Origin: Thermoplasmata archaeon
GTDB taxonomy: Archaea; Thermoplasmatota; Thermoplasmata; RBG-16-68-12; JAJISG01
Reading direction: 5' to 3'
Length of the DNA: 64,000 nucleotides
Assembly (NCBI GenBank): GCA_046758325.1
Contig: JBHHZZ010000001.1
Span: 17,016-81,015, forward strand
In this document: positions 55,738 through 64,000 of the stretch, piece after piece
How the letters are laid out: each line of letters opens with the position of its first letter
Position numbering within the stretch: the stretch's first letter is position 1
Translations under genes and position numbers: made by a program
The notes under the pieces: model-generated
Databases searched by the model: none
What the model was told of the DNA's origin: nothing
Seen by the model: the letters and a program-made list of their open reading frames with translations, nothing else

Positions 55738-55857
55738 ATGCCTCGGTGCCACCAGTGCGAGAGGAACGTGAGGGAGCCCTCAGAATTCTACTACTGTCCT
55801 ACCTGCGGTGACACCCTGTGCCCCCAGTGCAGGAAGAGGCATGCTCACGCCGACTAG
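55738..55857 (+). CDS. Small zinc-ribbon protein (39 aa, three CxxC pairs), absent from the ORF track
   Basis: MPRCHQCERNVREPSEFYYCPTCGDTLCPQCRKRHAHAD; TATA-like ctttaaga about 30 nt upstream. Confidence 0.3.
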   Translation: MPRCHQCERNVREPSEFYYCPTCGDTLCPQCRKRHAHAD

Positions 55858-56942
55858 ATCTCCAGCAGCTCCTTCGTGGCTGGAGTGAGCACCTCCACGC
55901 CCTTCGAGGTCACCATGACGTCGTCTTCGATTCTGACACCCCCATATCCCGGAAGGTAGACTCCCGGCTCGACGGTGATGGCCACCCCTTCCTGGAGGAC
56001 GAAGCCCTCGGAGGCCCTCATAGCTGCCCCGTCGTGAACCGCGAGGCCGATGGTATGACCGAGGCCGTGGGTGAAGCGGCCCCTGAACTCCGTGGCATCG
56101 ATGATGTCTCGGGCAACCTCATACACCTCCTGGCCTCCAACCCTGGGCCTCATGGCATCCAGGGCGGCCTGTTGGGCCTGAAGGACGACCTCGTAGACCC
56201 TCCTCTGCTTCTTGTCCGCCCTGCCCAGGACTAGGGTGCGGGTGATGTCTGAGACGTAACCTTTGTAGAGGGCCCCGAAGTCCATCAGCAGGAAGTCCCC
56301 CTCCTGGAGGCGCCTCTCCCCGGTGGAGTAGTGGGGCAGGGCGGAGTTCGGGCCCGAGGCGATTATAGGAGGGAACGAGGGTCCTGAGGCTCCCTTGCTC
56401 TGCATCAGGTAGACGAGTTCCGCGGCGATCTCGGCCTCCGACCTGCCCGTCTCGATGTAGGGGAGGAGTTCCTCGAAGGCGCTCACCGCGATCTCGCAGG
56501 CCCTCCTTATGCTCTCAATCTCGGCCTGGTCCTTCACCTGCCTGGCCCCTATGATGGCCTCGGACACGTCCAGCAGCGCGGCCTCCGGGCACGCGGATTG
56601 CACTTCAGTGAAACTGGAATAGGTGATTTCCTTGCCGTTTACCCCTATCGATCTGCAGCCGCTGAGGAGCTTCCTCAGGGCGGCCTTCCATTCCTCCCTG
56701 GTGGAGAAGACCTCCACAGGGCTCCCATAGGCCCTGGCGATGTCGGCCTCTAGCTTGGAGGAGAGGATGTGACAGCCGCCGTCAGGACGGAGGAGGGCGA
56801 CGCATCCCTCAAAGAGGCCCGCCTGGATGCCGGTGGAGTAGAAGAAAGTGCGGTCGATGTGGGGCTCCACGCCGTTGGCGATGACGATGATGTCTACCGG
56901 CTTCTCCAGGTGCCGGAAGATCCTCTTTATCCTCTCCTTCAT
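55854..56942 (-). CDS. M24-family Xaa-Pro dipeptidase, second paralog
   Basis: HGLGHTIGLAVHDG...ITVEPGVYLPGYGGVRIED. Confidence 0.75.
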   Translation of the reverse strand: MKERIKRIFRHLEKPVDIIVIANGVEPHIDRTFFYSTGIQAGLFEGCVALLRPDGGCHILSSKLEADIARAYGSPVEVFSTREEWKAALRKLLSGCRSIGVNGKEITYSSFTEVQSACPEAALLDVSEAIIGARQVKDQAEIESIRRACEIAVSAFEELLPYIETGRSEAEIAAELVYLMQSKGASGPSFPPIIASGPNSALPHYSTGERRLQEGDFLLMDFGALYKGYVSDITRTLVLGRADKKQRRVYEVVLQAQQAALDAMRPRVGGQEVYEVARDIIDATEFRGRFTHGLGHTIGLAVHDGAAMRASEGFVLQEGVAITVEPGVYLPGYGGVRIEDDVMVTSKGVEVLTPATKELLEI

Positions 56943-57011
56943 ACGGAAACCTAGGAAAGGGCCGGGGATAAAGCTTCTGAAGTTTTAAGCTGTAAGGCCA
57001 TTGAGGAGGCT

Positions 57012-57356
57012 GTGCCGAGGAGAAGGAAGGGGCTGGAGAGGAGAATCGCCAGGGAGAGGATCGAGATTCTCTTCGGCCTGGCTGAGGAGGAGGCCGCCAA
57101 GGGGAACCGGCCAAGGGCGGCCCGGTACGCTCAGCTAGCCCGGAGGATTGGCATGCGCTATAATGTTCCCCTTCCGAGCCCCTTCAGGAGGTTTTTCTGC
57201 AGAACCTGTGAGGGCTACCTGGATCCAGGTTCCAGCGCCTCGGTACGGCTACGGCGATCGCGGGTCATCATCACCTGTAAGGCCTGTGGTTCCATCTACC
57301 GATATCCCTACCTTCGGGAGGTCAAGGAGAGACGACGGGCCTCTAGTAGGCGGTAG
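57012..57356 (+). CDS. RNase P protein subunit Rpp21 (Rnp4)
   Basis: ...CRTCEGYLDPGSSASVRLRRSRVIITCKACGSIYRYPY zinc ribbon. Confidence 0.65.
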   Translation: MPRRRKGLERRIARERIEILFGLAEEEAAKGNRPRAARYAQLARRIGMRYNVPLPSPFRRFFCRTCEGYLDPGSSASVRLRRSRVIITCKACGSIYRYPYLREVKERRRASSRR

Positions 57357-58059
57357 TCATGTCTATCTTCCCCTTCTTTCTGGCTAGGTATTCAGCGTAA
57401 CGGAATACCCCCAGAGAGACCAAGAAGAAGAGGGCCGTGGCCCCGGCCAGGTAGACGAGGAGGAGGGAGTCTGGTATTGAGATGAGGAAGGGGTCACCAT
57501 GAATCCCGGGCAGCATGGCCCTCCTGAGGCCCTCGAACCAGTAGGTTAACGGTATGTACCTGCCGAAAACCTGACCCCATTCCGGCAGGACGGACAGAGG
57601 GAATATGACCCCAGAGAACACGTAGAAGATGCCGGCTACGCCCTCGCTCATACCGCTCCCGTGCCTGGCTGTGAGGAAGGTCACCCCCGAAAGAGCGATT
57701 CCGATGGCCACGGTGCAGAAGGCCCCTAGCAGGAGAATCGCCAGAAAGAAGGGCAGCTGTCCGAGGCTGAGATGGATCGGGAGCTTCAGCAAGAACTTTC
57801 CGAAGAGGAGGACGATGGTCACACCGAAAGCAGCAACCGCCATCTGGGTGACTCCCCTCCCCGCAACATACGTGTAGTAGCTTATGGGGGATATGTAGAT
57901 GTATCTGATCGTCTGGAACCACTCCCTATCTCCCTGGATTACCTCAAAGAGCCCGAAGAAGGCCTGGAAGACGAACATGTAGAAGGCGCTGCCAACGTAC
58001 ATGAAGGCCAGCCTCTCAAGGCCGGCTCCCCCTCCGGCGAAGGTGGCCAAATAGTACAT
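57343..58059 (-). CDS. ABC-2 family permease (second subunit); the N-terminus probably extends upstream without a canonical start codon
   Basis: 6-TM permease. The in-frame upstream 47 codons (to 58257) align with the paralog N-terminus (RALKTGAWLGWQYGSNWTDPWLFAIYSVIKPIAG vs RALAGRAYPRVIGAQREPSWIFFETFLPLLTIAA). Confidence 0.6.
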   Translation of the reverse strand: MYYLATFAGGGAGLERLAFMYVGSAFYMFVFQAFFGLFEVIQGDREWFQTIRYIYISPISYYTYVAGRGVTQMAVAAFGVTIVLLFGKFLLKLPIHLSLGQLPFFLAILLLGAFCTVAIGIALSGVTFLTARHGSGMSEGVAGIFYVFSGVIFPLSVLPEWGQVFGRYIPLTYWFEGLRRAMLPGIHGDPFLISIPDSLLLVYLAGATALFFLVSLGVFRYAEYLARKKGKIDMTTAY

Positions 58060-58190
58060 GAAGACGAGGATAAGGGTTCCTGCGATGGGCTTTATGACGG
58101 AGTAGATGGCGAAGAGCCAGGGGTCGGTCCAGTTGGAGCCGTACTGCCAGCCCAGCCAAGCTCCCGTCTTGAGGGCCCTCCATTGCCCGG

Positions 58191-59027
58191 CTACTGATGG
58201 CGTAGGGTCAGCCTCCCTTCCTCTTTCGCAAGCCTCTCTAGATAGGCCAAGGCGACTCTAGCGAGGTAGATGAAGATGGGCGCTAAGCCCAGGAGGATGT
58301 ACAGCTCTAGCTGGGGTGCGAGAAGGCCCCAAGGCAGCAGTTCCGGAAAGAGAAGCTGCCTCATGGCGTCGAGGCCCAATGTCATGGGAATTATGGAGGC
58401 TCCAGCGGCCACCCAGAAGCCTCCCGCGCCCAGCCTCAGCCCGAAGGTCTTTACGGGGAAGTAGAACCCGGACGCGAGGAACACCGGCTCCTGCAAGAGG
58501 TTCGAAGCGTGCCATGCCTCCCGGCCATACAGCAGGTAGACGGAGGCGAAAATCATGCCCATGCCGTAGAGAGCGGCCAAGGTTGTCAGAAAGATGGCCA
58601 CCAGGAGGAGGGGGTCCAGGACCACGAGAGTGATCTGGAAGATGAGCACACCTAGGACAAGGGTGGCCGCCGCTCGGGTAGAGGTCATCACCGCGCCCCC
58701 CACCGCCATGCCTCCCAGGAGAGCCATCCTCGACATGGGCGCCATCATGTAGAGCTGCAGGTTTCCTATCTGCTTCTCCCAGTATAGCTGGGCGGCCATG
58801 CTCCAGAGCACGTTCATCCAGAAGGCCACCATGGTGCCTCCCAGGATGACGAAGCCGATGAACTGGGGCACGCCGAGGTATTGGTAGATGTAGACGTAGG
58901 CAGCGATGGTAAGGAGGGGCAAGAAGGTCTCGAAGAATATCCAGCTCGGCTCTCTCTGGGCACCGATGACCCGCGGGTAGGCCCGTCCTGCGAGGGCTCT
59001 AAGGTTCAAGGGGATCTCGATCTTCAT
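58191..59027 (-). CDS. ABC-2 family permease
   Basis: 278 aa multi-TM; its start overlaps the ATPase gene end. Confidence 0.65.
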   Translation of the reverse strand: MKIEIPLNLRALAGRAYPRVIGAQREPSWIFFETFLPLLTIAAYVYIYQYLGVPQFIGFVILGGTMVAFWMNVLWSMAAQLYWEKQIGNLQLYMMAPMSRMALLGGMAVGGAVMTSTRAAATLVLGVLIFQITLVVLDPLLLVAIFLTTLAALYGMGMIFASVYLLYGREAWHASNLLQEPVFLASGFYFPVKTFGLRLGAGGFWVAAGASIIPMTLGLDAMRQLLFPELLPWGLLAPQLELYILLGLAPIFIYLARVALAYLERLAKEEGRLTLRHQ

Positions 59028-60025
59028 TCCAGACCTCTCCCAACAAGGCTGATGAAGACTTCCTCCAGGGTGGGCTCGGTCTTCCTGAGGGAGTGCACCT
59101 TGCTGCCCTGGTTCAGAACCTCGGACATGATTTCGGCAATGGGGGTCTCATCCTCCAGGATGAATGTTACGGTCATGCTGTTGCTCTTTGCGTCCTCGGA
59201 GACAGCAAAGTTCTTTATCCCTGCAATCGGCCGAAAGACGTTCGTGTCCTTCAGACGATTTGTCTCAATCTTCAGCGTGACATCTCTCTTCACCATCCTC
59301 TTGAGCCTCTCCGGGGTATCGCAGGCCAGGATACGACCCCGGTCTATGATGGCGATCCGATCGCAGAGCTCATCGGCTTCCATCATGTAGTGGGTCGTCA
59401 TGAGGACGGTCTTACCGTCCTGCTCCTGAATCCAGCGCTGAATGAACTTACGAATGGACCTGGCCGCATTGACATCTAGGCCGAGGGTGGGCTCATCCAG
59501 GAAGACGATCTCCGGATCCGTCACGAACCCCCTTATCATGTTCATCTTCTGTCTCTCACCGGTTGAGATGGTGCGGACCTTGGCATCCCTGCGGTCCCAC
59601 AGGTCGAACTCGTGGAGTAGACGGTCGATCTCCTCCTTCGCCTGCCGTGAGGGTATGCCGTAGAACTGAGAGAACATCCAGATGTTCTCCCTGGTGGTGA
59701 GCAGGCCGTACCCTGAGGTCTCGCCTCCGGAGACCATGTTTATCTTCTTCCTTATCGGGAAGGGGTCCTTGCTGACATCGTAGCCAGCCACGTAGGCCTC
59801 CCCCGATGTCGGTAGGAGCAGGGTGGCAAGGATCTTGATCAGCGTGGTCTTGCCGGCGCCGTTGGGGCCAAGGAGGCCGAAGAGTTCTTCCCGGGCAACA
59901 TCCAGGTCGACGGAGTCCAGGGCCACTACCTCCTTCGGAGCTTCTCGCTTCCGCTGTAGCCGCCTTGGCTTTCCGCCAAAGACCCTCGTCAGGTTCCTGG
60001 TTAATATTGCTTCTTCCACAGCCAA
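59024..60025 (-). CDS. ABC transporter ATP-binding protein (ABC-2/DrrA-like)
   Basis: LLGPNGAGKTTLIKIL Walker A, LSGGE signature, Walker B. Confidence 0.8.
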   Translation of the reverse strand: MAVEEAILTRNLTRVFGGKPRRLQRKREAPKEVVALDSVDLDVAREELFGLLGPNGAGKTTLIKILATLLLPTSGEAYVAGYDVSKDPFPIRKKINMVSGGETSGYGLLTTRENIWMFSQFYGIPSRQAKEEIDRLLHEFDLWDRRDAKVRTISTGERQKMNMIRGFVTDPEIVFLDEPTLGLDVNAARSIRKFIQRWIQEQDGKTVLMTTHYMMEADELCDRIAIIDRGRILACDTPERLKRMVKRDVTLKIETNRLKDTNVFRPIAGIKNFAVSEDAKSNSMTVTFILEDETPIAEIMSEVLNQGSKVHSLRKTEPTLEEVFISLVGRGLE

Positions 60026-60060
60026 ACCTCAAAAGATTAGGGGGGTTCCGGGCAGCGGCA

Positions 60061-60252
60061 TCATGTTTCCTGTATCTGCTTCAACCGGGTCACGTAACCT
60101 GCAATTCTGTTCCTCATCGTCGTGGTACTCACGTCAGTGAGTTCCGTCACAACCTTCTTGTTGTGCTCGAAGTCCTCATTGAACTGCTCCGGAAAGAGCC
60201 TTATGAGCTCTAGGGCAACCCGCTTGATGTAGGTCGGTCTGATGTTTCCCAT
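60061..60252 (-). CDS. rps17e: Ribosomal protein S17e
   Basis: MGNIRPTYIKRVALELIRLFPEQFNEDFEHNKKVV. Confidence 0.75.
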   Translation of the reverse strand: MGNIRPTYIKRVALELIRLFPEQFNEDFEHNKKVVTELTDVSTTTMRNRIAGYVTRLKQIQET

Positions 60253-60507
60253 GTTCGAATCCCTGACCCTCGAAGTTAGGGCTTATCCTCACGCTGGAGC
60301 ATATAGATAAACCTTACTGGGGGAATGCAGGACCTAGGCCGGTCAGTCTCGCCCGGGACTGCCGTCACGGTTCTGAATTCCGCCGATCGGTTCGCCTCGT
60401 CTTGACTCGTTGAGCGTAGCGGCCTTTCCTGGCCACGTCCCATAACGCTTAAATATGGCTCGAAGATGAACTACCCAGGGAAATCAGGTGGGTGAGAGGC
60501 GCGAGGG

Positions 60508-60681
60508 ATGACGGTAGAGGAGTCCCTTGTCAATGTGGAATTCCTCAAGAGCTCGAACACCTACATTGCCAGGGTGCAGAGCGAGCTTGGCGGCTTGAGG
60601 GAATACAGGAGTTCCACTTTCGAGGAGGTGCTGGAGCAGGTCATCATCGACCTTCAGGAAGAGTTTGAAAGCACTCCGTAG
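60508..60681 (+). CDS. Small UPF0150/HicB-like fold protein (57 aa), absent from the ORF track
   Basis: MTVEESLVNVEFLKSSNTYIARVQSELGGLREYRSSTFEEVLEQVIIDLQEEFESTP; TATA cttaaatatgg at about 60452-60462. Confidence 0.35.
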   Translation: MTVEESLVNVEFLKSSNTYIARVQSELGGLREYRSSTFEEVLEQVIIDLQEEFESTP

Positions 60682-60682
60682 G

Positions 60683-61465
60683 CTAGGTACCTCGGAACAC
60701 AGGCTTTCTCTTCTCGGTGAAGGCCCTCAGCCCCTCCGTTTTGTCGTCGGTGGAGAAGACAAGACTGAAGGCCTCTGCCTCGTAGGCCAGGCCCGCTGAC
60801 AGGCCCGTTTCCTGAGACTGCTGGATGGAGGCCTTGGCCAGCCTCAAAGCGACGGGGCCGCGTCCCAACATCCTCCTCCCCAGTTCCTTGGCCTCCTCCA
60901 TGAGCCTCTCGTGGGGAACCACCCTGTTCACCAGCCCTATGCGCTCCGCGGTATCCGCGTCCACGGGATCCCCGGTGAATATGACCTCCGAGGCCCTCCC
61001 GCGTCCTACGAGTCGCGTCAGGCGTTGCGTGCCGCCGAAGCCCGGGAAGATGCCAAGGCCCACCTCTGGCAGCCCGATCTTGGCCCTCTCCGAGGCTATC
61101 CTGATGTCGCAAGCCAGAGCCAGTTCACAGCCACCGCCCAGGGCGTAGCCGTTGATGGCTGCGATGACCGGCTTTTCCATCCTCTCCAGAATGCGGGTGA
61201 CCTCATGGCCCAGAGAGGCGAAACGCCTCGTCTCCACGGGCTCCATGGGGAGCATCTCCCTGATGTCCGCTCCCGCCACGAAGGCTTTGTCCCCCGCACC
61301 CGTGAGAATGAGGACCCTCAGGTCCTTCCTCCTCTCTATCTCCTTGAGCGCATCCCTCAGCTCCTTCAGCACCTCGGTGTTGAGGGCGTTGAGGGCCTCC
61401 TGGCGGTCGACGTAGAGGATGGCAAGGCCGTCCTCCTCTTCGAGCCTCACGTGCTCAGGGCTCAT
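60683..61465 (-). CDS. Enoyl-CoA hydratase (crotonase family)
   Basis: LNALN...LTGAGDKAFVAGADI...; the ATG lies 1 nt after the hbd TAG. Confidence 0.75.
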   Translation of the reverse strand: MSPEHVRLEEEDGLAILYVDRQEALNALNTEVLKELRDALKEIERRKDLRVLILTGAGDKAFVAGADIREMLPMEPVETRRFASLGHEVTRILERMEKPVIAAINGYALGGGCELALACDIRIASERAKIGLPEVGLGIFPGFGGTQRLTRLVGRGRASEVIFTGDPVDADTAERIGLVNRVVPHERLMEEAKELGRRMLGRGPVALRLAKASIQQSQETGLSAGLAYEAEAFSLVFSTDDKTEGLRAFTEKRKPVFRGT

Positions 61466-61466
61466 C

Positions 61467-62336
61467 CTATGCACTCCTGTAGTCGTATACCCCCCTGCCT
61501 GCCTTTCTACCGAGGCGGCCAGCCCGGACGTACTGCCGGAGCAGAGGGGAGGGTCGAAACTTCGGATCCCCCGTCTCCCGATGCAGGACCTCCATGACCG
61601 CCAGGCCCACATCCAGACCGGTGAAGTCAGCCAGCTCAAAGGGGCCCATAGGCATGTTGGTGCCCAGTTTCATCGCCTTGTCTATGTCCTCAGCCGAGGC
61701 GGTGCCCTCCATGAGGAGGTTGAAGGCCTCGTTCATCATCGGCACTAGGAGGCGGTTCACGACGAAGCCTGGGGATTCCTTCACCACGACGGGCTCCTTT
61801 CCGAGCCTGTGACTCAGTTCCCGGGCCAACGTCATGGTATCGTCCGAGGTCTCCGAGCCCCTGATGAGCTCGATGAGCTTCATGACGGGGGCCGGGTTGA
61901 AGAAGTGCATGCCTAGGAACCGGTCCGCCCTGGAGGTGGCGGCGGCCATCTCGGTTACGCTGAGGGACGAGGTGTTGGTGGCAAAGACCACCTCTGGACG
62001 ACACAACCTGTCAATCTCCCGATAGAGCTCCTTCTTCACTTCCATGTTCTCGAAGATGGCCTCGATGACGAGGTCTGCGTCCTTCACGGCCTCCTCAAGA
62101 TCGACGGTGCCGTGAATGTGCCCGATGATCTCCTCGACCTCATTCTGCGTCATCTTTCCCTTTCGGACCCTCCTCTCCAGAGGGGTGCGGATCCTCTCGT
62201 AACCGGCTTCCACCAGCTCCTCCGTCAGGTCCCGCATGATGACCTTGTACCCCGCCTGGCTGCAGGTCTGCGCTATCCCAGCGCCCATGGTTCCCGCTCC
62301 CAGTACGCAGATCCTTTCGATGTCCTCTGCCTTCAT
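61467..62336 (-). CDS. hbd: 3-hydroxyacyl-CoA (3-hydroxybutyryl-CoA) dehydrogenase
   Basis: ICVLGAGTMGAGIAQ Rossmann N-terminus with a 3HCDH C-domain. Confidence 0.8.
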   Translation of the reverse strand: MKAEDIERICVLGAGTMGAGIAQTCSQAGYKVIMRDLTEELVEAGYERIRTPLERRVRKGKMTQNEVEEIIGHIHGTVDLEEAVKDADLVIEAIFENMEVKKELYREIDRLCRPEVVFATNTSSLSVTEMAAATSRADRFLGMHFFNPAPVMKLIELIRGSETSDDTMTLARELSHRLGKEPVVVKESPGFVVNRLLVPMMNEAFNLLMEGTASAEDIDKAMKLGTNMPMGPFELADFTGLDVGLAVMEVLHRETGDPKFRPSPLLRQYVRAGRLGRKAGRGVYDYRSA

Positions 62337-62374
62337 GCTCCTCCCTAGAATCGGCCATCATCCCCACCGTATAA

Positions 62375-63334
62375 TTAGTTTCCTTGAAAGTCCTCAGGTA
62401 GGCTGCACTCCCCAGGCTTCAGGTCCGGTCTTAGCCTCAGGAAGACAGGGGCCCTCAACTTTCCATCCTCCGTGAACTCCAGGTACTTGACCTCGCAGAC
62501 CAGGGCAGGTCTCAGCCAGGTCAGGACACCTGGGTCCACTTGGGGTTCTCGGGGAAAGGGGCAGCGGCTCACAAGGCTTCTGGCTGCCTCTTCGATCTCG
62601 ACCACCCTGGCTTCGTCGAACCCGGTGCCGACCTTTCCCAGAAAGTGGAGTTCCCCCTCCTTGTAGGCTCCCAGGATGAGGGCACCGAAGCGGCCCGCTC
62701 TGGTCCCTCTTCCCACGGTCAGGCCACACACAATGCAGTCCAGGCTCTTGTAGGTCTTTATCTTCAGCCAGTGGCCCACCCGCCTGCCAGGTTCGTACAG
62801 GCCCTTCAGCCTCTTGGCCATGATACCCTCCAGACCCCTCTCTTTGGCCGCCTCGAAGAAGGCTATGCCCTCGCCCCAGACGGGCTCGCTCAGGGACACG
62901 TTCTCGTCAGGTTCCAGCACATCCTCGAGGACGCGGCGCCGCTCTGCGAGGGGCATAGACAGGAGGCTCGTGTCCTCAAAGTGAAGGATGTCGAAGACGA
63001 CATAGGTGGCCGGGAACTCCCTGGCTAGGAGGGACGCCTTGAAGGCATCGCCGGCCCTCTCCCTCTGCTGCAGCCTCTGAAAATCAGGTCTCCCCCGGTG
63101 CATGACGACGATCTCGCCGTCGAGGACCGCTCTGCCCCCGACCTTTGGCTCGATTTCCGGATATCGCCGGGTGATGTCCGTGAGCCGTCGGTTCTGAAAC
63201 CTGTGCTTCTCCTCACAGAAGGCTATCACCCTCGTCCCGTCCCACTTGATCTCGAAAAGGTAGTCCTCGGAGTCGAAGGGTTCGCTCCTGGCCGTGGCAA
63301 GCATGGGCTTGATGGGACCTTTGGGAAACGGCAT
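62375..63334 (-). CDS. ATP-dependent DNA ligase, small LigD-ligase-domain type
   Basis: EIKWDGTR (KxDG motif I) in a 319-aa OB-fold ligase. Confidence 0.75.
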   Translation of the reverse strand: MPFPKGPIKPMLATARSEPFDSEDYLFEIKWDGTRVIAFCEEKHRFQNRRLTDITRRYPEIEPKVGGRAVLDGEIVVMHRGRPDFQRLQQRERAGDAFKASLLAREFPATYVVFDILHFEDTSLLSMPLAERRRVLEDVLEPDENVSLSEPVWGEGIAFFEAAKERGLEGIMAKRLKGLYEPGRRVGHWLKIKTYKSLDCIVCGLTVGRGTRAGRFGALILGAYKEGELHFLGKVGTGFDEARVVEIEEAARSLVSRCPFPREPQVDPGVLTWLRPALVCEVKYLEFTEDGKLRAPVFLRLRPDLKPGECSLPEDFQGN

Positions 63335-63335
63335 G

Positions 63336-64000
63336 TCACGATGGCTTCTTCACGGATTCCAGACTGGCTTTCAAAGCCGCCATGAGATCCTCGGGGGACT
63401 CCCGCTGCTCCACCGCGGGGGCCTCGACCTCCCTTCCCTCAACCTTGGCCTCGATGACCTCCAGGATGGCCTCCCTGTAGCGGTCCTTGAACTTGCTCAT
63501 GTCGAAGGGCGCGGTCAGGGTCTGAATCAGGTTGAGAGCGAGTTCCACCTCCCCCTCGGACACCGTCACGGGTTTTTCGGCGGGAATCGCCGGCGGCTCC
63601 CTGACGTCGTCTTCGTAGTAGAGCGTGGAGAGCACCAAGTGGTTGCCTCGCGGCCGGATGATGACCACCTGCTCCTTCTTCCATATAGTGGCCTGGGCCA
63701 CAGCGGCCTTGTTAGTGAGTTCCAGGGCCTGCCTGAAGAGTTCGAAGGGCTTGACACTGGTCTCAGTGGGCGCCAGGTAGTAGGTGGACTCGTAGAGAAT
63801 GGGGTCCACCTCCTCCCGGTCTACAAAGCCCTGGACCTCCAGGGCCTTGCTGCTCTCTAGAGGCACCTTCTGAAAGTCCTCATCCACGAGAATGACATAC
63901 TGGCCCTTGGCGTACTCGTACCCCTTCTGAATGTCATCGTAGGATACCTGCACCTCGCAGGTGGGGCAGTAGTACGGTCTCTTCAGGGGCGTATTGCACT
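63336..64000 (-). CDS. ku: Ku protein (NHEJ), 5' end outside the window
   Basis: ...YESTYYLAPTE... Ku core. The ORF continues past the window edge as KRPYYCPTCEVQ. Its stop abuts the ligase ATG. Confidence 0.7.
   Translation of the reverse strand, partial: CNTPLKRPYYCPTCEVQVSYDDIQKGYEYAKGQYVILVDEDFQKVPLESSKALEVQGFVDREEVDPILYESTYYLAPTETSVKPFELFRQALELTNKAAVAQATIWKKEQVVIIRPRGNHLVLSTLYYEDDVREPPAIPAEKPVTVSEGEVELALNLIQTLTAPFDMSKFKDRYREAILEVIEAKVEGREVEAPAVEQRESPEDLMAALKASLESVKKPS

Noticed and set aside
1-64000. CRISPR arrays, rRNA genes, transposases or integrases, prophage hallmarks
   Set aside because: No direct-repeat/spacer arrays, rRNA-like conserved stretches or recognisable mobile-element genes were found on either strand. 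The surface island is flagged as accessory-like only from gene content, not from mobility signatures

Overview
Archaeal chromosomal segment with high GC (about 60%), most consistent with a Thermoplasmata-related euryarchaeon. Evidence for that placement is FtsZ, THF-dependent folD/metF/purN/purH, and an ATL-EndoV fusion of the kind known from Ferroplasma. No rRNA, CRISPR array, transposase or integrase was seen. Core content is purD-folD-metF-purH-purN, TFB and TBP, MetRS, a ribB-ribL-ribC-ribH riboflavin operon, and the archaeal exosome superoperon (pop5-psmA-sdo1-rrp4-rrp41-rrp42-rpl37ae-rpoP-pcc1-pfdB) directly downstream of ftsZ. The window also holds the cbf5-cmk-DUF106 cluster, an intron-containing tRNA-Ser, RNase HII, pepQ paralogs, an ABC-2 exporter, hbd-crt, and a Ku/LigD NHEJ pair at the window edge. 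The accessory-looking content has three parts. (1) A roughly 6.5 kb AglB oligosaccharyltransferase gene whose product (2155 aa) is fused to about 1200 aa of tandem CarboxypepD_reg/Cna-B-like repeats, translationally coupled to a secreted protein. (2) A roughly 6 kb cell-surface island at 36.4-42.3 kb: small leaderless ORF, surface protein, subtilisin, CarboxypepD_reg glycoprotein, Gly-zipper peptide and a secreted protein. Its three promoters share an identical architecture of leaderless start, TATA, and two TTCGA-core boxes spaced 21 nt apart. (3) Two paralogous modules of a 3-TM mini membrane protein plus a wHTH regulator, next to three KaiC-like ATPases, a degenerate KaiC-like domain gene and a DUF835 membrane receptor. 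Further points of interest are an orphan CARF-wHTH regulator, a CBS-HPF fusion, a frameshifted cyclophilin-like gene, and several unlisted small genes (TRAM, RpoP, Zn-ribbon, UPF0150-like).
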